64,000 nucleotides of DNA from Promethearchaeota archaeon (GCA_016839555.1 JAEOUA010000003.1:160001-224000), one strand, 5' to 3'. Positions 8,401 through 17,241 are shown, counted from the stretch's first letter. Program-made: numbers and translations. Notes: generated by a model not told the origin, from the letters alone.

Positions 8401-9933
8401 TCTATACATTATACTGCTTCCCGCACTTGTTTTTTCACCTCTTAATGAGATCTCAACGGTTTTTAATTTTTTTAAACAATTTAAAAATAAGTCAACAATC
8501 TCTATTGGGATTTCTCTTATTAAATAATCATTCAACTCTCCTTGAATTTCTTTAGTGGATTTATTTTCTTCAAGTCCGTTTTTCCAAATTCTCCACCAAT
8601 TATCGAAAATACCATGATATTTTAGTTTAGATGATATAAACATTTTTAAAAGGATACCTACAGCAAATATTCTATCCGTATTTCTATCATACTCAACATC
8701 AAAATTGATTCTAATAGGGGAATATCTAGGAATTGAATAGGAATAGATCTGAGTATTTTTTGGATACACTAATCTTTTGTTTTTTAACGCTTTTATTTTT
8801 AGTTTTAAATTTGGTAGTTCGGAATAAAGAGGTTTAGGAATATTATCAATTTTTATTTTATCAAAATTTTTTATTAGATCTCCAATAGTTTTGAAATTGA
8901 ATTCATTTATTAATTGTTGAGCAATCGATTTTGAAGTAAAGGGGATTAATTTTATTGACCAATTTTCGGGGTCATTTTTTTCCTTCATTCCTAATGTTGC
9001 TTTACAATCCTCTATAAATTGACAATATCCACATCCATCATGAATATTTGTTTTAATTTGATTAATTGGACATGGTGATTTTTTCCATAATTCTTTTACA
9101 ACCTTTATTACTTGATTATAAATTCGATTAGCTTCTTTCCAACTGACCAAATTAACTAACTCATTGTTAAATAAATCTTCTATAGAACTAATGGTTTTAA
9201 GTTCCTCCTCTCCCCTCAAAGATAATATCCCATTAAAATTTGCTCTTACATAATAGATATTTTCTAAACCTATATGTTTTAAATAAAAAGCTAGCGTTTT
9301 TAGATAATAAAATATCTCTAAAAAATGCTTTTTACCTACATTCTCTTCATTTGTATATTTAATATCAAAAATCGATATTCCTAATCGTTCATTTTCTTTT
9401 TCTTTTGGAATTTTTTGAATACTCCCATCAGCTAAAATCTCGTACAAAGATTCAACATATTTATTTAATCCATTGCCAATAAAAATTAGATCTGGCCTCT
9501 GAGAGGAATATTCAACAGGAATATCTCTGAATTTTGCTTTATGCATAAAAATAGGATAAAAAAAAGAACGTGGTATTTCGAATTCATATTCTAATAGTAG
9601 GATGAGAGAATTCGAGATATTATTTTTTAATTTTGTGCTGAAATTAATTAAAATATTTGGATATAAATAAGAGTCTTCTATTTCTCCATCATATTCTCTA
9701 AAGTACGTATTGTTCAGTTTTTTTAAGTATGAATAAACAATTTGTTCATATTCTTTTCCTTTTTCTTTTAAGTATTTGGTTTGAAAAATTAATCGTTCAG
9801 GAGGAGTTGAAGGGATTGGCCTTAGTGGATTAAACCATAAATCAGGATGATCTCGACCCAATTCTAAAAATAATCTTCTCTTGCAATTCGTAAGAATATA
9901 ACTTTGTAATAAGATCTTATTAAATTTGGCCAT
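5458..9933 (-). CDS. Nuclease-helicase fusion: Fe-S PD-(D/E)XK nuclease, RNase H-like domain and SF1B (Dna2/UPF1-like) helicase
   Basis: N-terminal Cys (NCKRRL), RPDLI, IFDIKY and CGYCQFIEDC give the 1+3 Cys arrangement of Cas4/AddB/Dna2 nucleases. Middle region has INFDVEYD. C-terminal helicase motifs: GPPGTGKS, DEASQ, VGDHNQL, NYRSH, VEKFQGSDRD, NRFNVLTSRAK. Confidence 0.88.
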   Translation of the reverse strand: MAKFNKILLQSYILTNCKRRLFLELGRDHPDLWFNPLRPIPSTPPERLIFQTKYLKEKGKEYEQIVYSYLKKLNNTYFREYDGEIEDSYLYPNILINFSTKLKNNISNSLILLLEYEFEIPRSFFYPIFMHKAKFRDIPVEYSSQRPDLIFIGNGLNKYVESLYEILADGSIQKIPKEKENERLGISIFDIKYTNEENVGKKHFLEIFYYLKTLAFYLKHIGLENIYYVRANFNGILSLRGEEELKTISSIEDLFNNELVNLVSWKEANRIYNQVIKVVKELWKKSPCPINQIKTNIHDGCGYCQFIEDCKATLGMKEKNDPENWSIKLIPFTSKSIAQQLINEFNFKTIGDLIKNFDKIKIDNIPKPLYSELPNLKLKIKALKNKRLVYPKNTQIYSYSIPRYSPIRINFDVEYDRNTDRIFAVGILLKMFISSKLKYHGIFDNWWRIWKNGLEENKSTKEIQGELNDYLIREIPIEIVDLFLNCLKKLKTVEISLRGEKTSAGSSIMYRFAKVNEDITNESEADLTITTILRLNLVLQMCNIIEDFIVIDINGKYGKYYIGPDTSIFYWSRNQLEHLQDMLQRNLNVVISNTKARAAYEAILMYFTPSDTEVSNPYQHKKLFDVQSFAETCVGFPDIINYTWHSIAKKLFKLNINTKMYWIPHFNFLDLANWLLYLREKDPEKKKKKLNIIRKQIIFKLHVIDQIRSKFQKEGNTALSENARTISRHDYKSAILPSEYHDISHVWYLFSRLNNALQQQDEEYYRTMFPDFSIGKLSSARIQHLEIIDLEGKSLKYKFTLIGLSCNMKIQEGNRVLLIPNSKRGLKIDNRVFKWIISINDIKWDPSIGGYIITTKPTSNNVYNICSEEGIDPVKEEWYIYPISPDSWSNKLYNCRNNNGLLQRENFGQSWLGARLAFLWNLRIKPKLKWPYNWSFTTPSIYLFAPLLLKHFNKQLKEPHLFTKIAPTPDPSQKEAIKNSLYNIISAILGPPGTGKSQTIAAFIDEYVIRRTKQNKSIKILITSFSYAALRVIIDKIRKSKDIFGKQTPSSKLQMIFIHSSTQNPIPKIPKCRDIDDLMKDGNTWKLNGKPRSVTNTILLEESLENNFIIFANAHQLYHLTERVADNFAFDLIFVDEASQMPADYFMSSLQFIKKPKITIEKPTDMLSKKLINDKNLIDPLIIANNKISPESLTKIVIVGDHNQLSPVRVKKPPKNLELILDNVFRYYVEGHNISSKQLKVNYRSHKDIVEFTSLLGLYEDLQAYEQNAKSTLQGNLSNINKLWLKEILLPKRVACSIIHNEQFEIGISLFEAQIVAEIVKGFYIMVAPSNRKEEIRFWSEQVGVVAPHNAQGRTIIRKLYNLFKLFTKLSRSKLMQLLKDTVYSVEKFQGSDRDLIICSIGLSDEDKLQMEDDFIYNLNRFNVLTSRAKNKLIFISSDKFIQYIPNERELIKNSSKIYMYVEEFCNKELPLQIKNKFNNIIQEVRLRYKE

Positions 9934-10289
9934 AAATCAAATCTTAATTTTTATAGTATTAATTTAATACCTAGCTTTTGATTTATAATATAGGACTTAG
10001 TAAGTTTATTGTTAAAAATAAAGAAAAATAATAGGAAATCAACATATAGATTTCTTTTTATGAAAATTTGTTTATTTATTTGTAGAACTCATTAATTCCG
10101 TAATGAAAGCTTTAAGATTATGTCTATTTTAACTCAGAAATAAGGCTTGGTCTTGATAATATGCATTTATGATATTTATATTTCATAATCTTTAATTTCT
10201 TTCTATTCTAGTGAATATTTTTAAGCTTGGTCACACAGAGTACTTCGTAATATTTATATATGATGGCTGATTTGTTATTTTTAATAAAG

Positions 10290-10308
10290 TACTTTGTATA
10301 ATAAAGTA
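10290..10308. promoter_or_regulatory. Inverted repeat TACTTT-N7-AAAGTA, candidate operator of the downstream wHTH regulator
   Basis: Perfect 6-bp arms, about 140 bp upstream of the operon that ends in a wHTH gene. Confidence 0.45.
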
Positions 10309-10446
10309 ATAAGAAAGATTATTCTACATATTATTAATAAATAGTTCTAATCACATTTAGGATATATTTTTTTAATATCTAAGAATGAAATAAAAATGAA
10401 AATTAAAAAGGATAGTTGAATTCAAATTTAGAAGTGATATATAAAA

Positions 10447-10692
10447 ATGAAAAAATTGGAATTTCGACTATTTAGGGCATTAATGGTAATACTCTTAATA
10501 ATCATCACACTCTCATATCTAATAAGATTCATAGATGGAGAGGCAATTACCTTTCAAGGGTTTATTTCTTGCCTGAATATTCCTTTAATTGCCCTATGCT
10601 TAATCTTATCAGCGACTTTAATAAGAAAAAGAGAAGAACTAAATATCAAAAATAATCAATATTCTAAATCTAAATTTAAACGAGGTGTATAA
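10447..10692 (+). CDS. Small 2-TM membrane protein
   Basis: Two hydrophobic segments; first gene of a co-oriented cluster. Confidence 0.6.
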   Translation: MKKLEFRLFRALMVILLIIITLSYLIRFIDGEAITFQGFISCLNIPLIALCLILSATLIRKREELNIKNNQYSKSKFKRGV

Positions 10693-10696
10693 AAAA

Positions 10697-10954
10697 ATGT
10701 GGAATAATATTAAAAAAGAAGTTTTAATATCCATCGGAATGTTTTCTTTGGTTATTGCTATTTTTTTAGATAGATTTGGTCCAGATTTCGGGATAATAGA
10801 TTTCTTAGTGGGTTTATTTACAGGGTTGTCAGCAGCTCTTAACCTTGGATATCTTATTAGATTGCGACTAGAACGTAATAATAATCCAAACTTAACCAAA
10901 ATTAAAAACAAATCCGATGAAATAAATAAACAAAATGCAAATAAAAATGAATAG
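10697..10954 (+). CDS. Small 2-TM membrane protein
   Basis: Two hydrophobic helices (…IDFLVGLFTGLSAALNL…). ATG 10697 follows GAGGTG; the track's GTG start lies inside the SD. Confidence 0.7.
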   Translation: MWNNIKKEVLISIGMFSLVIAIFLDRFGPDFGIIDFLVGLFTGLSAALNLGYLIRLRLERNNNPNLTKIKNKSDEINKQNANKNE

Positions 10955-10974
10955 AAAACTGAAAGGTGAAAAAA

Positions 10975-11661
10975 ATGGTTGAAAATATAGATTTAAAAGC
11001 TCTGGAAAAAAAGGCTTTTAGATCTACCTATGAAGATGGCTTATGGGATATATTTTTTGGAATGATTTTTTTAGGATTGGGTATCCTTTGGACATTTTCC
11101 TTTTCTAATATATTGATAGGATTTATTATTCAAATTATAATTAGTATCTCTGCTGTAATATTACTTAAACTATTAAAAAAATATATTACAACACCGAGAT
11201 TAGGGAATGTAAAATTCAGTGAAAAGCGTAAAGTAAAGAAAATTAGATTAAAGATTTTTTTAGTTATTTTTGTGGTTATCAATATTATTGTACTTATTTT
11301 AACTATAAACAATCTATTCAAATTAATAGATTTAGAAGGAATATATGTGTTATTAATTATTGGAGTTTGTTTTGTCTCAATTCCATTTATAATCGTCGCT
11401 TATTTTTTGGATTTTAAAAGATTATATTTTATAGCAATTATGGGCGGTTTTTGTTTTTTTATTTTTGGGATTTTGGATGAAATTCTTGGAAATCCTTGGA
11501 GTAGTATTTTTTCTTTCGTTTTATTGGGTATTGGTGTTATAATATGGGGAGTAATTTTGTTTTATAAGTTTTTAAATACATATCCATCTCAACATAGAAA
11601 GAGTAATGAAAAGATTGGAGATAATAATTATGAAATGAAGTTCATGGAAGGAAATGAATAA
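10975..11661 (+). CDS. Multi-TM membrane protein, paralog 1
   Basis: LKALEKKAFRSTYEDGLWDI…ITTPRLGNVKF…, ~6 TM. ATG 10975 follows AGGTGA. Confidence 0.8.
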   Translation: MVENIDLKALEKKAFRSTYEDGLWDIFFGMIFLGLGILWTFSFSNILIGFIIQIIISISAVILLKLLKKYITTPRLGNVKFSEKRKVKKIRLKIFLVIFVVINIIVLILTINNLFKLIDLEGIYVLLIIGVCFVSIPFIIVAYFLDFKRLYFIAIMGGFCFFIFGILDEILGNPWSSIFSFVLLGIGVIIWGVILFYKFLNTYPSQHRKSNEKIGDNNYEMKFMEGNE

Positions 11662-12292
11662 ATTGAATGATGAAAAACTCAATTTGAAGGAACTTGAAAA
11701 AAAAGCATATCGCTCCACTTTTCAGGATGGTATTTGGGATATTTATTTAGGCATTATAATATTAGGATTGGCTCTCTCAACCATAGGAACATTATTTGGA
11801 TTAGATTCTATTATATCCATGTTATTTATCTTGCCTTTAGTTTATTCTATAGCAATTGCTGTTTTGATACTAGGAAAAAAGAAAATAACAGTTCCAAGGA
11901 TAGGATATGTAAAGTTCGGATTGAAAAGGCAGAGGAGGAAAAAGGAATTATTAATATTTTTATCTATTATTTTTATTATTAATGTAATTATCTTTCTACT
12001 TTCTAATCTTGAAATAGTAGATATTGGAGGGTTATTGATATTAACTATAATAATAATAGTTATACCATTAAGTATTGTTGCCTATTTATTAGACTTTAGA
12101 AGATTATATTTAATCGCTCTCTTAATTGGAATTGGGATCTATACAAGTATTGAGTTTGTTGATATACTTGGTTATCCTTTAAGCCCAATTCTGAGTTTTG
12201 GAATCATAGGAGGTGTTATTATTTTCTGGGGAATCTATTATTTAATTAAATTTCTTAAAAAATATCCAATTGTGGAACAAAATTCCGAATAA
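11654..12292 (+). CDS. Multi-TM membrane protein, paralog 2 (tandem duplicate)
   Basis: LKELEKKAYRSTFQDGIWDI…ITVPRIGYVKF…AYLLDFRRLY; clearly homologous to the preceding gene. Confidence 0.8.
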   Translation: MNKLNDEKLNLKELEKKAYRSTFQDGIWDIYLGIIILGLALSTIGTLFGLDSIISMLFILPLVYSIAIAVLILGKKKITVPRIGYVKFGLKRQRRKKELLIFLSIIFIINVIIFLLSNLEIVDIGGLLILTIIIIVIPLSIVAYLLDFRRLYLIALLIGIGIYTSIEFVDILGYPLSPILSFGIIGGVIIFWGIYYLIKFLKKYPIVEQNSE

Positions 12293-12302
12293 GGAGATAA
12301 GA

Positions 12303-12650
12303 ATGGCTGAAAAAAAGGATTCGGAGGAGATCTTATTACCTAAATTTAGTGAGGAAGATAAATTCATCCATCAATCAGCTCGTTTAAGGCTTATCTCTTT
12401 ATTATATGTAATTGAGGAAGCAGACTATGTATTTTTGAAAAACCAGACAGGACTTACTTGGGGAAATTTATCATCTCATATGGAAAGGTTGGAAGAAAAA
12501 GGATTTGTAGATGTAAAAAAGGAGTTTAAAGGTAAAAAACCTCAAACAACTGCTAAATTAAATGAATATGGAAAGAAAGCATTTGAAGCATATCGTCAAA
12601 AAATTAAAATGATGGATAAATTGTTGAAAAATGCAGATTCTAATTCCTGA
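12303..12650 (+). CDS. Winged-helix transcriptional regulator (ArsR/MarR-like, HTH_34 type)
   Basis: IHQSARLRLISLL…LTWGNLSSHMERLEEKGFV…KGKKPQT…GKKAFEAY. ATG 12303 follows AGGAG. Confidence 0.88.
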   Translation: MAEKKDSEEILLPKFSEEDKFIHQSARLRLISLLYVIEEADYVFLKNQTGLTWGNLSSHMERLEEKGFVDVKKEFKGKKPQTTAKLNEYGKKAFEAYRQKIKMMDKLLKNADSNS

Positions 12651-12736
12651 AAAAGGGTAGATTACATATTTTATAATCAAAAAACTAAAAGATTTATTTC
12701 AGAATATAAGAAACCAAAGAGAAGGATACTTAAAAA

Positions 12737-13339
12737 TTAAGAGCTTTTTTCTTCTGCTATATCTTTTTTAGCGCCTTTAGTTTTTTTCTCTTCATAAAAG
12801 TCCTCAATATCTTCGCTAATCCACTCTTCTTTCCCTAAAAATGGGCTTCTCATAGAGAGCCCTAACTTTCCACTTCTGCCCCCTCCCAAAGATACCGCTA
12901 TCACTTTCGCTCTTATAGTATCATTCACTTCTAATATTTTTCCTGTTTCCTTTCCAATAAATCTATTCCCTACTTGTTCATACGAGATGTAATCATCACA
13001 TATTTGACTCACATGAACAAGGCCATCTAATGGCCCTAAGCGAATAAAAGCACCAAAATCTACGATTTCCACCACATTTCCTTCTACAATTTCTGATACA
13101 GTAGGTTTGAAGGTTAAAATCGTAAATTTTACTTCATGAAAAGTATTGGCGTTTCCAGGAATAATTTGCCCCGAAGAAACAGAAATCACATCCACCACAG
13201 CTATAATAAAACCATATTCACGAGTGATAACACCTTCATAATCCTCACTTAAAATGATTCTGGCTGATGTGGTTTTATCTTGATGGAAAAGAAATGGAGG
13301 GATTTCAATCTTCCCTTCAATACTTATCAGCTTAAACAT
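12737..13339 (-). CDS. rpoE1: DNA-directed RNA polymerase subunit E' (Rpo7)
   Basis: N-terminal RNP-like domain plus S1 domain (DFGAFIRLGPLDGLVHVSQICDD…LGLSMRSPFLGK). Confidence 0.95.
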   Translation of the reverse strand: MFKLISIEGKIEIPPFLFHQDKTTSARIILSEDYEGVITREYGFIIAVVDVISVSSGQIIPGNANTFHEVKFTILTFKPTVSEIVEGNVVEIVDFGAFIRLGPLDGLVHVSQICDDYISYEQVGNRFIGKETGKILEVNDTIRAKVIAVSLGGGRSGKLGLSMRSPFLGKEEWISEDIEDFYEEKKTKGAKKDIAEEKSS

Positions 13340-13522
13340 CTTATTATAAAGAATTATAAAGAATTTTTTTATAAAGAAATAAAATTTAGATGAATTGGTT
13401 AAGGAATTATAGAATTAATATTTTGTGATTTTATTATTTTTAATATAGATTTTGAACAAAAAATTACAGAAATTGTTCTAAATCTTCAAAATTTCACTAT
13501 TTTGTAAAATAATTATTTCTTT

Positions 13523-13852
13523 TTAGGTTTTTGTGTTTTTTTTTTTGGACAACTTATATAATTTAAAATTTAAATATTCAAGATCTTGCTCTAAGGAATG
13601 AATTTCCACATTGAGTGCCTTTAATATTTCATTTCCAAACACCTTCATATCTTTATCAACAATCATATGCTCTCCCAAATCTTTTAGTATTGATTTCTCA
13701 ATTTTATCAAAAATATATATTAATTGATAATCTTTTTCAGTTTCGTATAATATCTCGAATCCGGTTGCCCCATTTAAAACTTTCTTTTTAATTTCAATAA
13801 CTTTGTTTAATTTAGCTTGTTTGGTGGCAATTGTATTTTTTATAAAATCCAT
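13523..13852 (-). CDS. Hypothetical protein
   Basis: 109-aa ORF with an upstream GGGG SD-like motif; no recognised motif. Confidence 0.6.
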   Translation of the reverse strand: MDFIKNTIATKQAKLNKVIEIKKKVLNGATGFEILYETEKDYQLIYIFDKIEKSILKDLGEHMIVDKDMKVFGNEILKALNVEIHSLEQDLEYLNFKLYKLSKKKNTKT

Positions 13853-13965
13853 TCTTTTATAAATAATCCCCTTTTTTCATTATAGAATAATACCTCAAAA
13901 TCTTTATCGGTTCATTCTTTTTAACATTATGGAAAAAGATAATCAAAGGGATTTATAAACATATA

Positions 13966-14541
13966 ATGAAAATTTCTGTGGATGTTGATGGTGTTTTATT
14001 TGATATAATGATATTATATTGTAAGATATTTAATAAAAGATATAAAACAGATTATAATAAAAAACATGTTATTCAATGGGATTTTTTTATTGATTGGAAT
14101 ATTGAAAGGGAAGATGCTTTTGCGATTTTTCGCGAAATTTATGAAACCCCCGCCCATGTTCCATTAACAGATCAAAATGCCCCTCAAATTCTTGAAAAAT
14201 TGAACAAAGATAATAAAATAGATATTGTATCAGCAAGAACCAAAAAATTTAGACCACAACTTGAAAAGGAACTTTCAGTTCATGGAATTGAAAAAGGAAG
14301 GCACTATGATAAATTAATTCTAGTAGATGATACTCCTAAGGATATTAAACTTCAGCTAAAATATGATATTTACATAGATGACAATCCTTTTTTAGCAGAT
14401 GCAATAAAAAATGTTAAAAACTCAACTCTCCTCTTATATGAACAGCCTTGGAATCGAATGGTTAAAACCTGTTTTAATATAAAGAAAGTAAGTAATTGGA
14501 AAGAAATATTTGAGTATTTTACCCAATTGAAAGACGATTAA
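13966..14541 (+). CDS. 5'(3')-deoxyribonucleotidase-like HAD hydrolase (NT5C family)
   Basis: VDVDGVL, VSAR, YIDDNP, QPWN motifs. Confidence 0.85.
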   Translation: MKISVDVDGVLFDIMILYCKIFNKRYKTDYNKKHVIQWDFFIDWNIEREDAFAIFREIYETPAHVPLTDQNAPQILEKLNKDNKIDIVSARTKKFRPQLEKELSVHGIEKGRHYDKLILVDDTPKDIKLQLKYDIYIDDNPFLADAIKNVKNSTLLLYEQPWNRMVKTCFNIKKVSNWKEIFEYFTQLKDD

Positions 14542-14566
14542 TAAGGTAAAAATAAGAAGAGGTAAA

Positions 14567-14938
14567 TTAAATAAGTTCGGCTATTTTTTCTGTTGTTCTT
14601 TTACAATCTAGAAAAATTAGACCTAATCTGACATCTTTTGTCGTAGAAACAGTTAAAACTGCATTAGGTCCTGCCTCTAAGACCAATAATATTCCATCAT
14701 TTCCCTTCACCATTATTTGCTCAAGGTCGCCTTTTTGCATCTCGTGCGCTGCTCTCTCGCCAAGGGATAAAATAGCTGCAGTCATAGCAGCTATTCTAGT
14801 CTCGTCAATTCCTTGAGGTAGAGCTGAGGCGATTGGCAGACCCTCAACAGAGACAATTGCTGCTGCTTTTACTTCTGGTATCGAGGCTAAAAGACTTTTG
14901 AGGATGCTATCTAAGGTCTCTCCAGTACTTTCTTCCAT
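14567..14938 (-). CDS. Roadblock/LC7 (MglB-like) domain protein
   Basis: AAAIVSVEGLPIASALP…DETRIAAMTAAILSLGERA…VRLGLIFLD. Probable ATG at 14938 after GGAG. Confidence 0.93.
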   Translation of the reverse strand: MEESTGETLDSILKSLLASIPEVKAAAIVSVEGLPIASALPQGIDETRIAAMTAAILSLGERAAHEMQKGDLEQIMVKGNDGILLVLEAGPNAVLTVSTTKDVRLGLIFLDCKRTTEKIAELI

Positions 14939-15123
14939 AATATTCTCCAAACAATTTTATTTAAAATTAAACTCAAGATTATGATTAATTTTATAGTATT
15001 TATAGTTATAGTAATATTTATTTTTTATTTTTTTTTATTTTTATATATCGTTTCAAGATAAAAATCTCACGTCTAAAATTAAAAAAATTTTCATCCAAAG
15101 ATAAAATATATCTATTTTAATTT

Positions 15124-16344
15124 ATGATAGAATTTTTTTTGAAAGTAACTTTCTGTATATTAATTTTAATTTTACATTTTAATATTATGGATTATTGGAA
15201 TCTAGTTGCCGCTTTATATGAGATAGCTTTGGTACTAATTTTATATATTGTCGCATCTATAATGATTTATATAGGAATTCGAGGAATTAATGTAAACAAA
15301 GGAAAGAGAAAAAACATTTATGGAAGCGTTTCTACATTGATATGTGGCATTTCATGGGTTTTTTTTGCATTTTATAATTCTTTTGTTGGTCTTTTTACTT
15401 ATCCTTATGATGGATTTATGGTTTGGTGGATTGGGGTTATTTTTATTATTTTTGCGTCCTTCGGTCTTCTGGTAAGAAAGGTTTCACATAGTACGGATTT
15501 TAAGGAGGCAACTCATTCTGATCAAGAATTATCAAAAATCGAACTTTTTATTAAGAAAATACGGAGAAAGGAGACATATAAAGATGAAATCCCAATTAAG
15601 ATGGAAATAATTCGTAAAAGCTTTCATTTAACTGGGCTTATCTTTATAGTGGGGTATTTTGGCTGTTATTGTATTCCTCCTCTTACTTTATTAGCAAATA
15701 AAGGAATATATGTTTTTATTCATTGGACCAAACCAATATATAATGTGTTATGGGGTGATATCAGCAATTATCCCTATCCGTTTGATGGTATTGACGCGAT
15801 TAATGCAATTATAACACTTGGGTTATTGGGAGCTTTTTTTTTTATGATCAATTCAGACTTAATACGAGTGCTTTTGGGCCCAGAATATTCCATTTTTCAC
15901 TTCTTAACACGTTCCACCCTTAGAAATGAAGAATATGAAGCGGTTGGACCGCAAATCTATTTAATTACAGGTGCAATTTTTGGCTATATTTTATTTTTAA
16001 TGGGTATAATCGATATTTTATCATATATAGCTGGTCTGAGCTGTAGTTGTTTTTCTGATGCATTAGCAGCCTTAGTGGGGAGAATATGGGGCGATAAAAG
16101 TGTTAATTGCCGCGGTGGGCAAAAAAAAACAGTAGAAGGTTTTATTGCAGGGACGGGAAGCGCGTTTGCATTTTGCTTAATAATTGTGGGCCCGATTTAT
16201 GCAATTATTGGTACTTTAATCTTCTTATTAATCGATTATTTATCTCTTCATATTTCAGATAATATATTAAATCCGATATTTATACCTTTAGGAATTACAA
16301 TTTTATATTGGATTATACAAATTCCCATCGGATGGTCATTTTAA
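15124..16344 (+). CDS. CTP-dependent polyprenol/diacylglycerol kinase family membrane protein (dolichol/phytol kinase-like) with extra N-terminal TM helices
   Basis: EIIRKSFH, SDALAALVGR.WG, KKTVEGF, ISDNI motifs. Confidence 0.8.
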   Translation: MIEFFLKVTFCILILILHFNIMDYWNLVAALYEIALVLILYIVASIMIYIGIRGINVNKGKRKNIYGSVSTLICGISWVFFAFYNSFVGLFTYPYDGFMVWWIGVIFIIFASFGLLVRKVSHSTDFKEATHSDQELSKIELFIKKIRRKETYKDEIPIKMEIIRKSFHLTGLIFIVGYFGCYCIPPLTLLANKGIYVFIHWTKPIYNVLWGDISNYPYPFDGIDAINAIITLGLLGAFFFMINSDLIRVLLGPEYSIFHFLTRSTLRNEEYEAVGPQIYLITGAIFGYILFLMGIIDILSYIAGLSCSCFSDALAALVGRIWGDKSVNCRGGQKKTVEGFIAGTGSAFAFCLIIVGPIYAIIGTLIFLLIDYLSLHISDNILNPIFIPLGITILYWIIQIPIGWSF

Positions 16345-16398
16345 AAAAATTTAATTGAATATTATATTTTATTTTAAAAAAATAATCTAAATCCACAT

Positions 16399-17241
16399 AT
16401 GACTGCTTTAATTGATGATTTAAAGAGATTGAAATTAGCCATTTTTGATTTAGATGGTGTTGTGTATAGGGGCAACAAATTAATTCCCAATGTTGATCAA
16501 ATTATCAAAAGATTAAATAATCTTTCAATACAAGTCGTTTATAATTCAAATAATTCAACTGCTACACGTGAAATGTATGTAAAAAAATTAAAAAAGTATA
16601 ACATTTCTAGTAATATCAATGATTTTTATACAAGCGCGTCAATAACCGCCACAGAAATCACAAAATTAAAACAAAAAGCAAAAATATTTATAATTGGAGA
16701 AATAGGTCTAAAGAAAGAGCTTGAAGCGAAGGGGCATACAATCCTTACAGAGAGAGATAATTTTGAAGTTGTTGATTTTGTAATTGTTGGACTTGATAGA
16801 GATTTTAATTATAATAAGTTATCAATTGCACAGAGATGTATTTTAGATGGAAATGCATTGTTTTATGCTACGAATTCGGATACAACCTTACCAGTAGCAG
16901 AGAGACTAATGCCTGGTGCGGGGGTTATGGTGAATGCTGTAGAAACATGCACCTCTCAGAAGCCGATAAAGATTTTTGGTAAACCAAATCCTTTTGGAAT
17001 TAATTTAATTTTAGAAGAAAGAAATACAGAACCCGAATTTGCATGTATTTTTGGAGACAGATTAAATACAGATATTCTTGCAGGTAATAGAGCAGGCATC
17101 ATTACTGTGGCAGTGTTAACTGGAGTAGCTACTTTAGAGGACGTTGAGAATATTAAAAAAAATTCATTGTTATCAAAAAAAGTAGATAGAAATTTAATAC
17201 CAGATATAATTCTAAATAGTTTAGATAATATTTTTATATAA
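16399..17241 (+). CDS. HAD-IIA (NagD-like) phosphatase
   Basis: FDLDGVVY, NNS, FGKPNP, GDRLNTDI, VLTGV. Confidence 0.92.
   Translation: MTALIDDLKRLKLAIFDLDGVVYRGNKLIPNVDQIIKRLNNLSIQVVYNSNNSTATREMYVKKLKKYNISSNINDFYTSASITATEITKLKQKAKIFIIGEIGLKKELEAKGHTILTERDNFEVVDFVIVGLDRDFNYNKLSIAQRCILDGNALFYATNSDTTLPVAERLMPGAGVMVNAVETCTSQKPIKIFGKPNPFGINLILEERNTEPEFACIFGDRLNTDILAGNRAGIITVAVLTGVATLEDVENIKKNSLLSKKVDRNLIPDIILNSLDNIFI

Noticed and set aside
1474-8527. Plus-strand ORFs inside the rad50/mre11/helicase genes (1474, 2584, 3085, 3409, 4193, 5594, 7343, 8300) and the minus-strand alternative-frame ORF 7572..7823
   Set aside because: Antisense or alternative-frame shadows of long genes; the antisense ones have F/S/L/I-rich composition mirroring K/E-rich codons, and none has a motif.
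9000-9933. Cas4-like Fe-S nuclease suggesting a CRISPR-Cas locus
   Set aside because: It is a domain of a helicase fusion; I saw no cas1/cas2 and no repeat-spacer array in the window.
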